Shown: positions 29,475 through 43,890 of the stretch, piece by piece
Layout of the letters: each line of letters starts with the position of its first letter
Numbering within the stretch: the first letter of the stretch is position 1
Assembly (NCBI GenBank): GCA_951406725.2
Contig: OX597821.1
Location: 96,038,001-96,102,000 of the forward strand
Direction: 5' to 3'
Source of the DNA: Octopus vulgaris
Taxonomy: Eukaryota
Length of the DNA: 64,000 nucleotides
Program-made: the position numbers and the translations under genes
The notes under the pieces: generated by a model
Databases searched by the model: none
What the model saw: only the letters and a program-made list of their open reading frames with translations
What the model was told of the DNA's origin: nothing

Positions 29475-29580
29475 GCCTGCTCGCTTAGCCAGCGGAGTGG
29501 CGTCATTCGAATGCTAAAACAATGCGAACGCATTGTGACCAGCGATGTGTAGCAACATCTGATGGTCTGGTCGGTCACGT

Positions 29581-29582
<2 letters not shown>
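29471..29582 (+). mobile_element. 5'-truncated SINE family 2 copy in (TA)n
   Basis: gttggcctgctcgcttagccagcggagtggcgtcatt...gcattgtgaccagcgatgtgtagcaacatctgatggtctggtcggtcacgtga. Confidence 0.75.
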
Positions 29583-29668
<86 letters not shown>

Positions 29669-30024
29669 TATTAAATTAGAGACAAAACCACTGTTAGGCA
29701 AATCAAACAATGAAAGACTTAAGCCAATACATATGATTAATTTATATTATTTAAATATGTAACAATTATTAAAAAATATAATTAATATCCCACAAATTGA
29801 TATTTCCCTGTAAGTTTGGATTTATTCCCTAATATTTATTATTATTATATATATATATATATATAAAGCTAAATTATAGCAATTCCTCCTCGTTGAAAAT
29901 GGTCTCTGTTTCCAAATATGTTTCATATAAATATTTCTGGATAATATAACATGCCGGACATAACAAATCTCATTGCTAAATTTATATTGAAATTTCAAGC
30001 AATAATAATATTCACACTCACACA

Positions 30025-30114
<90 letters not shown>

Positions 30115-30278
30115 CATGCACGCATATACATACATATACATACCTGTATACACACACTAAAAGAGACAGAATGAAATTTCAGAGACAAAGCGAGGGCGAT
30201 AGGAAAATCATAAAAAGACAAAATAAAAAGAATGTATGCATATGCTTGTACTTTTTCATACCTACATGTCTGCTCACA

Positions 30279-30347
<69 letters not shown>

Positions 30348-30698
30348 ACACACATACATACCTCTATATATTTACTTTTATATCTCCACGTACAATTATA
30401 TTCATGTATCTGTGTATACATAACAGATATGGATATAGAAATAACTATGTATGTGAGGGTCTGTGTGAGAGTGTGTGTGTATGTGTGTTTGCCGAATTAG
30501 ATTTCAATCACACATGGCTGAGTTGTGAGAAAAGCAACAAAGACAGCAGAGTGACAAGGTAGTTTGCACCAGAGATATAACTAATTATGTTATATAACTT
30601 TGTTATTCGAATAAAATTGCTATTAGGATAAGACAATTATTTCAGTTCACTTGTCAAGCTGACATTTTCTTCTAGATGAAAGATTCTTTCATATGACA

Positions 30699-30779
<81 letters not shown>

Positions 30780-31426
30780 GCGCATGAACATGCTCACGGA
30801 TATACATACACATACATACCTGTATACACACAAAAATGCATATTAGAGAGAGAAATTATAATCATGGAACTCACAAGAAAGTTGTCCCAATATTTAAGTT
30901 TGTTGCTTGAATCTTTTAGAATCTTATAAGACTAATATATAGTAAAATGTAATCTACCTTGCTTTATGTTCTTCCATCCCCATACAATTTCTGTCATTTA
31001 AATTTACACTCATTTTGAGCAGAAGAGATCCACAACGTAAATGATGTGTTATTTCAAGAAAGGAAGGGGAGTTAACTCTAAAATCCAAATTGTTTAAAAA
31101 TTAAATAGTAACATACAGTTGAATATCTGATATTTGTGAGTGGAATATTTGATATTTGATAAGTAAGGTGGATATGTTTCTGTTCTGTTCTACTAAACTT
31201 CTTCAGTGAAGCATAATCTTACCAGTACTTAGCCCTTGGTACGATTGAGAGAATACATGTCTATTTTGAGCAAAGATAATTCACTAAGGTGATTTAAAAT
31301 AATGATATAGAAAAAATTCTCGGGTATATTACCTTCATAAGGAACATAATTCATAATGTATAAAGTTTCTGTAAATTTAACTTTGAAATAACACGCTCTG
31401 ACTGTTATATTGTTACTGGGTTGATG

Positions 31427-31499
<73 letters not shown>

Positions 31500-31519
31500 C
31501 ATACATATATATATATATA

Positions 31520-31556
<37 letters not shown>

Positions 31557-31561
31557 TATAC

Positions 31562-31732
<171 letters not shown>

Positions 31733-32420
31733 CTTATTACGTTAAGTTGGGGAACAACGTGTTTTGTTCTCCTATTTGGTAGTCATATTTCTGTTAAACT
31801 CTTGTTTGACATATATAAAATATCATCATTCAGCAAAAGTAACTCTTTGATAACCTGTCACACCTCTATTGGAGCTTACGTTATAGTTTGACTGATATAA
31901 AATATCACTAAAAATACATAACAACATACATCAGGCGTAATTTTGCTTTTAAAAGTTATCAAATCGTTTTATTTCTTTCTTATTAGATTTTATTCCACTA
32001 TATATACTTTATATTTTGCGTTACATCTTGAGCCGATAGTCTAATAGGGAAAGAATTTAATCGGGATTAAAGGACTCTATATACTTCACACATCACTTTT
32101 CATTGGATCATATGCCACGTACTGCTACTGTCGATAAATTTCCATGTTACCTAGAATAGCAACACTGCTATGCATAAATATTGTTAACTCATTCTCACAC
32201 AACGATTGTTAACCGTGGCCACCTTTTAAATCTTAAACAAATTGTTTTTACATCTAACATACTTGTTAGTCTTGGTGTTTAACCATTAGCATCAATGGTA
32301 ACATTGAACATTACTATGCGAGGTCTTCAAGATGTACCCAATTCGTATTCAAAATAGAAAATACTTAAGGTAATTCTCAAACTATTGCTAGTAATAATAA
32401 GAATTAATATTCATTATATT

Positions 32421-32635
32421 CGTTTCAAAATTTGGCACAAAGCCAGTAGTTGTGGGGAAGAGTGCAAATCGATTATATCAACACCAGTGCCCAACTCCGT
32501 CATTTATTTTATCGACCCCAAAAAGATGAAAGGTAAAGTCGACCCCGGTGGCATTTGAACTCAGAACGTTAAGAGGGACTGAATGCCGATAAGCATTTTG
32601 TCTGGCTTGCTAACGCTTCTACTTGCTCGCTGCCT
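32421..32635 (-). mobile_element. SINE family 1
   Basis: Full-length reverse copy. Confidence 0.8.
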
Positions 32636-32884
32636 TATTAATAGTGATAATATTAATAAATAAATAACAACCATAAACATAACTGATAATGTATAATTGA
32701 TCACATTTAACCATAAGCAATGTTTGCCACTGCATGCTCATTCTCAATTTGCTAGATGACTTCATGCATACATAGATTCCTACATTTATGCACATACTCA
32801 CCCTTACACATACATTTATATAAATAGATACAAACGCATATATATATATGTATATATATATATATATGTATATATGCATATATG

Positions 32885-32969
<85 letters not shown>

Positions 32970-33114
32970 ATATATATGCAAAAACATATATATATAAATG
33001 TATATAAATACATGTGTATTTATGCATGTATGTGTGGGTGCTTATATATATGTTTTTCTCTCTACAAAACGGAAAGTTGCATCATGGAACAGTCATTTTA
33101 GCGAGATTTTATAT

Positions 33115-33230
33115 TTATTTATCACCCGACGAGACAGGTCTGCACCACCGGATACTCCTGAACCAGTTTTTGTGTGTCCCACAAGAGGAGTCGATGCTAG
33201 ATGTGTCGAAACAATTGTTGTGATTAATAA
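33115..33230 (+). ncRNA. Type-I hammerhead-like fold with long (~75 nt) stem II and a U4C core change
   Basis: AUCAC(33121-25)-CCGACGA-GACA...ACUCCU...AGGAGU...UGUC-GAAA(33208-11)-CAAUUG-UU-GUGAU(33220-24). Palindromic ACAAUUGU stem III; outer UUAUU/AAUAA pairing. Sits in a ~220-bp insert (about 33050-33269) ending in (TA)n. Confidence 0.6.
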
Positions 33231-33267
33231 TATATTCTCGTATATTCCATCATCTGTGTTTCCTTTG

Positions 33268-33327
<60 letters not shown>

Positions 33328-33348
33328 GTATATATACATATACATATA

Positions 33349-33384
<36 letters not shown>

Positions 33385-33637
33385 TGTATATATATATGAA
33401 ACAAAACAATTTCTTACGTGTTATGACATGTTTCCCCGCTCGAAAATGGATGATCAACGAAAGAGTAAATATTTACGGTTCAGTATTAGAAGCATGATAA
33501 AACATACACAAAAGAAAACAAAAGAAAAACGAATTAAACAGGAATGTATGCGAGACATTTCATGTTGTACGCGGACTGGTGTGGAAAAGGATAGCTTTAA
33601 TTCGGGTGATGATATGAGTAAAGTCATGCGAGCGAGC

Positions 33638-33695
<58 letters not shown>

Positions 33696-34737
33696 GAAAG
33701 AGGGTAGTGTGGAACGGGCTAACTCAGTGGGCAGTGCATTTTATCAATATTTGTTTATATTTTCCGTAAGTAAAATTAATTCGAAATTAAATCAACGTCT
33801 TTGAAATGCAGTTGAAAGGGAGAATAGTTTAGAGGTTATATTTCATATTCATATTTAAATTATCCTACAAGAAAAGACAGTCGGACATTAATGCAATTAT
33901 ATAAATATCCAATGATTATTCATATCACGTGATATACAATGTTTATATTATCTATAGCAGCAAGAAAAAATAATGTGGCTACGTCTAAGTTTTCATAGAG
34001 TTAAAGGAAGAGTTTCGTTAGTTATAATAATTTTGTGTAAAATGTTTAGCTATAAATTAAGGAGCAGAATTCAATTAGCATAAAATTATATATAAATATT
34101 TTGAAATTTCTTAGTGTTAGACTTTCAGCAGGGAAAAAATATTACACACCTGTTGGAGGCAAATACTTGTAAGTTTTTCATATCCCTTGGCAGAGTTCAA
34201 TTAGTATATAATATATATAAAAATATATTGAAGATTTCTAGAGACGATAAAATTCACCTAGCTATAATGGTTAAATTTCCATAATATTTGAATAATTAAA
34301 TTAACAATGTATGTGCGAAAGGAAATAATTATCTAAGTATCCTGAATATCGAACACTAGATGCCGGTTATAGTTAACAGATATTTGGCGGAGTGCTGAAA
34401 GAATAATAAATAATTATTAATTGGAAAATGTAGAAAAAGTATCGGAAGTTGGAAAATGGAAAATTGTTGTGTGGACACCCCCAGACGATGAAGTAGGCTA
34501 GCCCAATGCGTAGATATAGAGGGAGTAGTCTAGACGTCGAGAAGAGTTGAGTAGAGGTCATCCGAACGTGCGACATAACAAAAAGAAAGCCATTTCGAAG
34601 GTATAAGTGGGAACACACAACCACGAACATAAGAACATGCACACACACACACTCATTAACATAAGGGTTTTCTGGATCATTTGAAACGTAAGCTATACAA
34701 AAATAGATTACATTAGTAGCAATAGCTGTTTGTAGTG

Positions 34738-35102
34738 TATACGAGCAAAACGCCGCCCCCGTCCAATGGACGGTGCTGATTTGTCAAACATTTAAACCAA
34801 ATTTTCTCAAAACAACTTGTCCGACCGTCTCATAGGCCTCCCCTTTGAGAAACACTGATTTAACCTAAATTTGAGACACCAGCAAAAGAAGAAATAAAGT
34901 TAGACTTTTTTCTATTCCAAAGACCACGGCTTTATCGATCGCATTCTCACCTGGAATGGATTTTTGTAATTTTTCAAGACTTATACATGCCCTGATACCG
35001 TCGGTATCTACATATCAAATTTGAGCGCAATCAGATGGAGGATGCCCGAGATCATAGAAAACACACATACAGACAGACAGAACGGGTTTTATATAATAGA
35101 TA
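34738..35102 (+). mobile_element. Probable Helentron-associated non-autonomous element (HINE/DINE-1-like)
   Basis: 5' tatacgagc... with short inverted repeat ccgtcca-a-tggacgg; 3' catatcaaatttgagcgcaatc...(acag)n...ttttatataatagat. Layout recalled from HINE-type elements. Confidence 0.45.
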
Positions 35103-35685
35103 AACATGGGCCTCACCTAAACTGCACAGTCTAACTTGCATAACAGTGCATGTACTGACAACGTGGATTAATATTTATCTAAGTAGAATGTTTTTTTTAA
35201 TGTTTAAACCATTTGTCAGTTCAATCTATGTTTCTTTAGGAAATATACACTCTTCGCCGTGTGATAGCTAAAACAATGGTTGCATCACAAAGACTGACTT
35301 CTCTTGAGTAGGACAAATATGATCGGTTCGGATAGTTTATAGTCTTGTTAGATCTCCAGCAGAGGAAAAAAGTTCATCTTCTCTTCACGAAGAGATTAGC
35401 AGCTTATAATTATGTCGAGTAATCATTTTTTCCGCTAACGAAGATCTCCCTTTCTCTGTTTCCAAATTATATATGTGTCTGTGTGTATGCTGGTGTGTAT
35501 GAGCATGTATGTATACTTAGAGACTTATTTCAATTAAAAAAATATTTGTATACAAGCAAATGCAAAACCCCATTTTGTTCAGTGTATTTATGTACTTAAT
35601 CCTGTATTTGTATACTCCATCCTTCTTTCGTTCTCTTTTCTTTACGTTAAAATTATTACTATGGATTATGTTGAACACACTTGTA

Positions 35686-35848
<163 letters not shown>

Positions 35849-35849
35849 A

Positions 35850-35892
<43 letters not shown>

Positions 35893-36222
35893 TTGTTTGA
35901 TCGTTTATGCATGTGTTTTGGTATCTTTTATAACCATGTATACTTTATTGACGTTTCGAAGCCATGCCATCTCATCAAAAATCTATAAATCTGATTCTTA
36001 CATAAATTAAAGATTCTGTTCAAATTTGGGATCGTTCCTTTTATTTCATATGTCTACACAATGATGTTAATATATCCCTGTTCTAAACGCTAGTAAATAA
36101 CTGGTACTTATTGTATATACTCTCAAACAAACAAAAAATGAAGGCAAGTCTGTCTTGACTGTTATTAATTATGCGGAAATTATAAAGAACGAAAATAAAT
36201 GCTTTAGTATGCTGTATGCTCT

Positions 36223-36337
<115 letters not shown>

Positions 36338-36615
36338 CTGTGCATGTATGCGTGTATATCTGTCAATGACTGCGTGCACGTGTGTATCTGTCTGCTTGGC
36401 TCTCCATTGACGGGCACATATTTTATAGGGTGTTGAGAATGGGGATAATGACGAGTGGAATATGCAAACGAGGGTTTGCTGTGAATGAATCACAATGACG
36501 ACAGAGACGACGACGATGATGATGATGATGATGAAGATGACATTGATGTCATTATCTGTGCTTGTCAGTAATAACAACACCATTCTCATCAATTTATTAA
36601 TAGTTTTTATTATAC

Positions 36616-37150
36616 TCCTTTCTACCTATATGTACAAGGCATGAAATTTTGGGCGGGGTGAGGGGGGTAATTGATTACATCGACCCCGCAAGACGTGATT
36701 GAGATTTATTTTAGTGACCCGGAAATGATGGAAAGCAAAGTCGACATCGGTGGAATTTGAACTAAGAACGTAAAGACGGATGAAATGAAAGACGGAGAAT
36801 TTTGACTTGTGAGCTAACGATTCTGACAGCTCGCTGCCTTTTACAAAGCAGTACTAATAGTTTTTAATGCAGATTTCTAACATAGGGACATTTGTAAATA
36901 ACTGTTTCACTGGCATTTACTTTACAGATACCAGAAAAAGTTAAGGTAAAAGTAGTTACGGTAGAATTTGGAACTAAGAATGTAATAACGATTATTAAGA
37001 TGGACGCAAGATCAAACATTTACTGGGAGGGAACAGTCGATTATATCAAGTCCACTTCTTGACTGGTATTTTATTTTATCGAACCCCAAGGGATGAAAGC
37101 AAAGTCAACCATAGCAGGATTCAAACGCAGAACGTAAAGGAAGGTAATTA
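36616..37150 (-). mobile_element. SINE family 1 copies (36616-36839 and about 37010-37150)
   Basis: Family-1 motifs. Confidence 0.75.
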
Positions 37151-37248
37151 AATATAGCATATTTAATACTGAAAACATCTCATAACACCAACAAAGATGA
37201 AAAATATAGAGGTAAAGGGAAAATTATTCATTGGACAAAAGTGAAGAC

Positions 37249-37298
<50 letters not shown>

Positions 37299-37504
37299 GA
37301 AGGCTGTAAGCTAGTAGAATCTTCAGGACACCAGACAAAATGCTTAGCGATATTTCTTCCGCTTTACGTTCTGAATAAGGATTATTAGTAATAGTACTAC
37401 AAGGACTGTAGAAAATGGAATCAAATATTTTTATTCTCCTTAGGTCTTTTGATTTCAAATCTAATCAAAAGTCTGTTGTGGTAGTAAAATACTGGAGTCA
37501 ATTT

Positions 37505-37965
37505 AACCCACGGTCTTCAACAATGACTGCCTCCGGTGCATTCTTCGCTGCCGTCGGGTGGATCGAGTTCCCACCGTCAATCTCCGACTTCGCCTGTCTC
37601 TGCGGCCCCTTCCATCTGTCCTTCTGCAACGGCGCTTGCGGTGGTTTGGCCATGCATGTAGGCGTCCAGTGGATGAACTGAACCGTGATGTCCTTCTCTC
37701 AACTCCACTTTCCAACTGGCTGAAACGCGCGGGCGGGCAGCTGAAGACTGGGTTACGACGATCAAGGAAGACCTCCCCGTTGTCACGAAACCGCAGGTGG
37801 TCGGCTTGCGCCGATGGAACAGTCACTGGCTTGCTATCTCTAGTGAACTGGGGGCAGGACCGTCGTGCGTGGGCTGCCATGGTTCGAGATGCCTCGAGGG
37901 TGGTAGAAGAAGCCGACTCAACCCGCCCAGGGTGAATGTCGCCACAAGTGCAAGTACAAGTAAGT
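37505..37965 (+). mobile_element. RTE-clade LINE 3' end inserted into a SINE
   Basis: LQRRLRWFGHACRR...GGQLKT...QDRRAWAAMVRDA; tail of CAAGT(A/G) repeats. SINE sequence lies at about 37300-37500 and resumes after 37965. Confidence 0.8.
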
Positions 37966-39414
37966 ACGGTTCTCTACATGTTCATGTTTAAACTTATGCC
38001 TATCTTAGAAAAATTATTAAATGAAAGTACCAGTTGAATACTGGGGTCGAATCAGTCGATTTTACATCAAAACGGAGGTCTTGTGCCTTTGTCTTGAATT
38101 ACTGTTATGATCAGTAGTTTTTGAGTTCGTGTCGACAGTGATATAGCCATTATATATGAGAATTATCGATCTCATGGTTGGCAATGAAAAATGACAAAAT
38201 GCTTTTTCTTTTAGCGTCAATAAATTTATAAATTATTTCGGTAGATCCATAATTATATATAATACGAAGCTATTTATACACGCTTCTGAAGAGCAAGCAA
38301 GACGATAATTACTTTGACTATTAAAAGCTTCAGCTGAAAGTGCAATGTCTAAAGAAAAGGATTATCCGATTTAGAATCAGACTTTATCCCCCTACACTCA
38401 TCCATCCACTTAAAGAGGAGTAGACTTGTGCATAGCATACATCATATACCAATGATCGATTAAACTGCAGCTTAAGGTCAATTCTCGCACTCCACCATCT
38501 GTCTGTGTCTGCCCCCTCTCTAATATATATAAAATGATATAACATATATGTATATGTATGTGGGTGAGTATATTTATATGTATGTATATATGTATATATG
38601 TATGTGTGTGTGTGAGTGTGTGTATGTGTGTGCGTGTGAATTTTCAGTATTACTTCGATACTGGGTCACTGCTTTCAAGGGTTTTACTTGATCACTTCGA
38701 CCCAGTACTTATTTTAGTATGTTAGTTATTTGTCGATTTATACCTAATCTACCGGCTACTTTAGACTTTTTTGTTACACCACCAGTGTTACATCAGTAAA
38801 TATAAGCACAGGTACGAATACGGACAAAGACATGTTTCATTTTATATTTTCCATTTGTTTTTCTTTCATCACTTGGCTTTGATGTTATATTTTTGTTTTC
38901 GTCTATTCCTTATTCTGCGATAAGATCTTTCAGCTCCATACAGCCATAGGACAATATATTCAAGCTGTTGCAATCTCGGATAATCAGCATTGCTATCCCA
39001 CTTTCGAGGCTACTAAAAACATGTAGAATCAACATTGAGAGTACCCACGTCAGGAATCGAACGCGTGGTTCTTAGTTGACACCTCAAACAATGGAAACGT
39101 TATGAAGTTCCCCTATCTGCTAAAACTTGCTGACAAATTCCGATAAATCGTATCTTACTGTCTTAAAAATGGAAGGAACACATTTATACATTAAATAGCG
39201 TCATCATTCATATGGCTGGAATAGCTATAATCACATGATCAGTCAAGGCTAATCTTGGACTAAACACCAACACTCAACGCATTAAGTCAAACAATAACTG
39301 TTGTCTCTGAATTGGAGAGAGCATTTCAATCCTTGCTTAACTTTCAGTTTCACCAGGAATGGGTATTGCCTACACGTCAGCATATAGTGGCTTTGTATAT
39401 ATTTACGGTTATTG

Positions 39415-39842
39415 AATTCCACTTTCTATTATATGACTTCTGCTTCTCTACTTTCTGTCTTCGCTTCTCTATTATATATGTCTTCTATTTTTATAATCTC
39501 TGAATTCCGCTCCTATAATCTCTGACTTCTGCTTTACTCTTCGTTGATTTCTGTGCCTCTCGTTTCTTACTTCCGTTTCTCTATTCTATGTTTAGTTACT
39601 TTAGCCTTTAATCTTTTTTATTTTCTATCCTATGTTGTCTACTTCTCTCATTTTAACTTCACATTTTATACTCTCAAATTTCTGATATAATAGTCTATGA
39701 AAACCATTTCTTTAAATACTACGGTTGGCTTCCGTTAATAAACTTTCTGACACCCGATTCTTTGTCGTCTGGCTTCTATTTCCATGTCTCGCACCCGCAC
39801 CACTATTTTCTTTTTATAAATTCCACCTCTATATGACTTCAA
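39415..39842 (+). repeat. Degenerate ~20-22 bp pyrimidine-rich minisatellite
   Basis: Recurring ttcc(g/a)cttctctattat.tgac-like unit. Confidence 0.55.
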
Positions 39843-39888
39843 ACTGTCATGTTAGCATTTATGATTTGCTGTAGCGTAATCTTTTATG

Positions 39889-39926
<38 letters not shown>

Positions 39927-39965
39927 TCCCACACGCACACATACATGCATACATACACACACACA

Positions 39966-40002
<37 letters not shown>

Positions 40003-40041
40003 TCCCACACGCACACATACATGCATACATACACACACACA

Positions 40042-40163
<122 letters not shown>

Positions 40164-40269
40164 CATATATATATATATACATATACATGCATGAATACAT
40201 ACCTATATACACATATATACAGATAAATGTATATATATATTTATATTTATATATATGTATGTATGTACG

Positions 40270-40304
<35 letters not shown>

Positions 40305-40310
<6 letters not shown>

Positions 40311-40469
40311 CTCCTTGTTTTTTCTTTCTGTGTATCTTTCTGTCGAAGAGCGTTGGCTCGAAACGTAAAAGACTTTTTCTCTTTCTATTCCTGAGCGCCA
40401 TACTAATACATCTGTTTGTTTGTACTCCACCTGCCTTCGTCTTTCGTTTATTTTCGTAAAAAATTCGCG

Positions 40470-40471
<2 letters not shown>
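40305..40471 (+). mobile_element. PLE-like 3' terminal fragment with variant hammerhead (family A, copy 2)
   Basis: UCUUU-CUGUCGA-A-GAGC-GUUG-GCUC-GAAA-CG-UA-AAAGA at 40335-40372. Downstream tattcctgagcgccatactaatacatctgtttgttt matches copy 1. Ends in (TA)n. Confidence 0.6.
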
Positions 40472-40501
<30 letters not shown>

Positions 40502-41057
40502 CTACATATACAATTCATGCTCACATAATGTAAATAGGTTGTTAGTCGATTTTCGTGGTGAATAGTCCATTCGTTCACTTGGCTGAACTGTCATTTCAAT
40601 GAATTGTTAACGACATGACCGCGTATTCCGTACATACGTATAGCTTAACGTGATGAAGCAGCGTCACATAGTGAAGAAAAGAAGTCGTTCCTTTGAACTG
40701 TGGATAGGTTTCTTTCTTCGGACTTGGATAAAGTTCTTGTTAAGTCCGTTTCATTTCCAAGGCTCAGTTCCAACGGAAGCTACTGAGAACTGCATAAAAT
40801 GCAACCTGATAAGACGTACTCGGGGTTTTATGTCTACACAATCATACCTCTCTACAACTCGCTTATACCTGCAGCTCAGAAATACAGGTAGAATACCGAT
40901 TCTCTGGACAATGAAGGTCTGGAACCTCTTATAATTCCCATTAATTACGAGCAGAAATTTCAAGTTCCTGTAGTCATCAGACTTGTTTACTGTTGTTTGG
41001 TACAGATTAGTATCTTGCACAGTAAGGTATTAAAACTTGTATTTATACTTATGCATA

Positions 41058-41458
41058 GGCGCAGGAGTGGCTGTGTGGTAAGTAGCTTGTTTACCAACCA
41101 CATGGTTCCTGGTTCAGTCCCACTGCGTGGCACCTTGGGCGAGTGTCTTCTACTATAGCCTTGTGAGTGGATTTGGTAGACGGAAAACTGAAAGAAGCCC
41201 GTCGTATATATGTATATATATATATATGGGTGCGTGTATGTTTGTGTGTCTGTGTTTATCCCCCTAGCATTGCTTGACAATTGATGCTGGTGTGTTTATG
41301 TCCCCATCACTTAGCGGTTCGGCAAAAGAGACCGATAGAATAAGTACTGGGCTTACAAAGAATAAGTCCCGGGGTCGAGTTGCTCGATTAAAGGCGGTGC
41401 TCCAGCATGGCCGCAGTCAAATGACTGAAACAAGTAAAAGAGTAAAGAGTAAAAGAGT
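41058..41458 (+). mobile_element. tRNA-derived CORE-type SINE, family 3 (full length, internal microsatellite)
   Basis: A-box TGGCTGTGTGG, B-box GGTTCAGTCCC, CORE-like caccttgggcgagtgtctt, (AAAGAGT)n tail. Decayed minus-strand relatives at about 3985-4140, 24340-24460 and 38640-38830. Confidence 0.8.
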
Positions 41459-41623
41459 ACTTGTAATTCATTGGATTATTTAAGTAAATTTAATATTTGT
41501 TTAGTTTAGAATGTGTTGACAAAGGTGACCATTGCCAGTTTGGAAAAAATATGTAATCTGGAACGTCTTTGGAACCAAATGTTCTCGAAAATTGATGCTG
41601 TCCCTGTGTATGTGTAGATATTC

Positions 41624-41704
<81 letters not shown>

Positions 41705-41848
41705 AATATATATATATGTATATATATATTACATACATATATGTATATATATATATATAAATACATACATGTATACACACACATATATTATATAGAAGCA
41801 GCACTACAAAGTGTCTTCTATACAGAGAATATCCGAATCTCATCTGTG

Positions 41849-41899
<51 letters not shown>

Positions 41900-42471
41900 A
41901 ACATACTCATGGTATTCAATTACAGGTAAAAAAAATGTGTACCTGTTTATAACTGTATATATATAAATCCAGAGAAACAGACTTCGAGCTCAACATGCTC
42001 AACTGAGAGATATTAACACATACTGGTATGTTTCTGCGTATCATTTCGCTGGTTCGTTGAAATCAGTACGCACACATACACACACATACACTCGAATACA
42101 AATGCGCATGTGCTTGTGCGCCTTCCAATTTTTTGCCGTAAATGGATTCCAGAATGAATTTTTAAAGTTCTTTTGTATGCTACTCAACTAGGAAACCGAG
42201 AACACATTTGCCTTATTTTTACCTTTCTTTCTTCCTTTTCTTTCATTATCTCTTCTCTTTTGTGCTCCAGTCTACTAATTATTCATGGGTTGTTTTTATT
42301 ACTCATTTGTGTATGATATCTGCGATCAAGTACCGGGTCTGTTGAATCCATTACAAACTAATGCCATAGAACGCTGTTTTAGACGTGGTTTTTCTTGATA
42401 AAGAAATCAGTTGTATCATGTAACCGTTTTCTTTTTGTAAATTAAAATATAATTTATATGGAGTCTTTTAT

Positions 42472-42636
<165 letters not shown>

Positions 42637-42894
42637 CGGGTGTGTATGTATGCCTGACGCATACGTACATATATGTATGTATGCAAATAAGCGTGTCTGT
42701 GTGATTTTGTGAGTGCGTATGTGTGCTTGTTTAGGAAAGAAAGAAGTTAATTTAAAGCATTAGTCAACGTTAATCGGAACAACTCACGTATGACTTTGAT
42801 GAGACTCCTTTACAGAAAACTACGAGTGAACTGCTGATACGCATACGTGACTTGATTGTTACCGCAGGAGATACCGTCATCATCATCGTCGTCG

Positions 42895-42960
<66 letters not shown>

Positions 42961-43369
42961 CCGTCATCATTATCATCGTCATCGTCATCATCATCATCAT
43001 CATCGTCATCATCATCATCATCACCGTCAGCATCTTCATCACTGATATCAAATTCAGCTCTTTTTTAGTCGGACGGTTTCCTTCATATCTTCATCTCATC
43101 AGCTGGTTGTAATATTTATCATGCTTTATTTTGCAATGTTTTATTTAGAAAGGAAAGTAACTTTATGTTTAGTTTCATCTCTCATCAAATGAGAGTATTG
43201 GCTTATTTTTATTTACAGCAAATTTACAGCGAACAAAACAAGATTTGGAGGGAAGAATCCTTAAGTAATATGGCCAGGAATGCGGTACATGCAATCCAAA
43301 AGTAATAATGATAATAACATAATAATAATAATAATAACAATAATAATAATAATAATAGTAGTAGTAGTA

Positions 43370-43439
<70 letters not shown>

Positions 43440-43692
43440 CAGTAGCAATAATAACAAATAATAATAATAATAATAATAATAATAGTAATTTCTCACATAC
43501 GAACACAGGCCAATTTGACTTCGGGTAGATTTAAACTCAGAAAATCAAACCGCAAAGCACAATTTTTGACGATCTAAAAATTCTGCTAATCCAGTAATGA
43601 TAATAATAATAACAACAACAACAACAATTATAATAATAATGATAATAATCATAATAATAATAATAACAGCAACAACAACAACAACAACAATA

Positions 43693-43890
43693 ATGGTTTT
43701 GATTTAGGCACAATGCAACAGTTTGTGAGAAGAAAAGGTTAATCAATGCCATCTATCGCTGTACATGGTTGGTACTTTATTATATCAACTTTGGAGGGAT
43801 AAAAGGTAAAGTTGACTCGGCGAAATTTGAACTCGGAACGTAAAAATCCAGAAGAAATAAATGCAAGGCATTTTTTTTCGACGCTCTAGC
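43693..43890 (-). mobile_element. SINE family 1
   Basis: Family-1 motifs. Confidence 0.7.
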
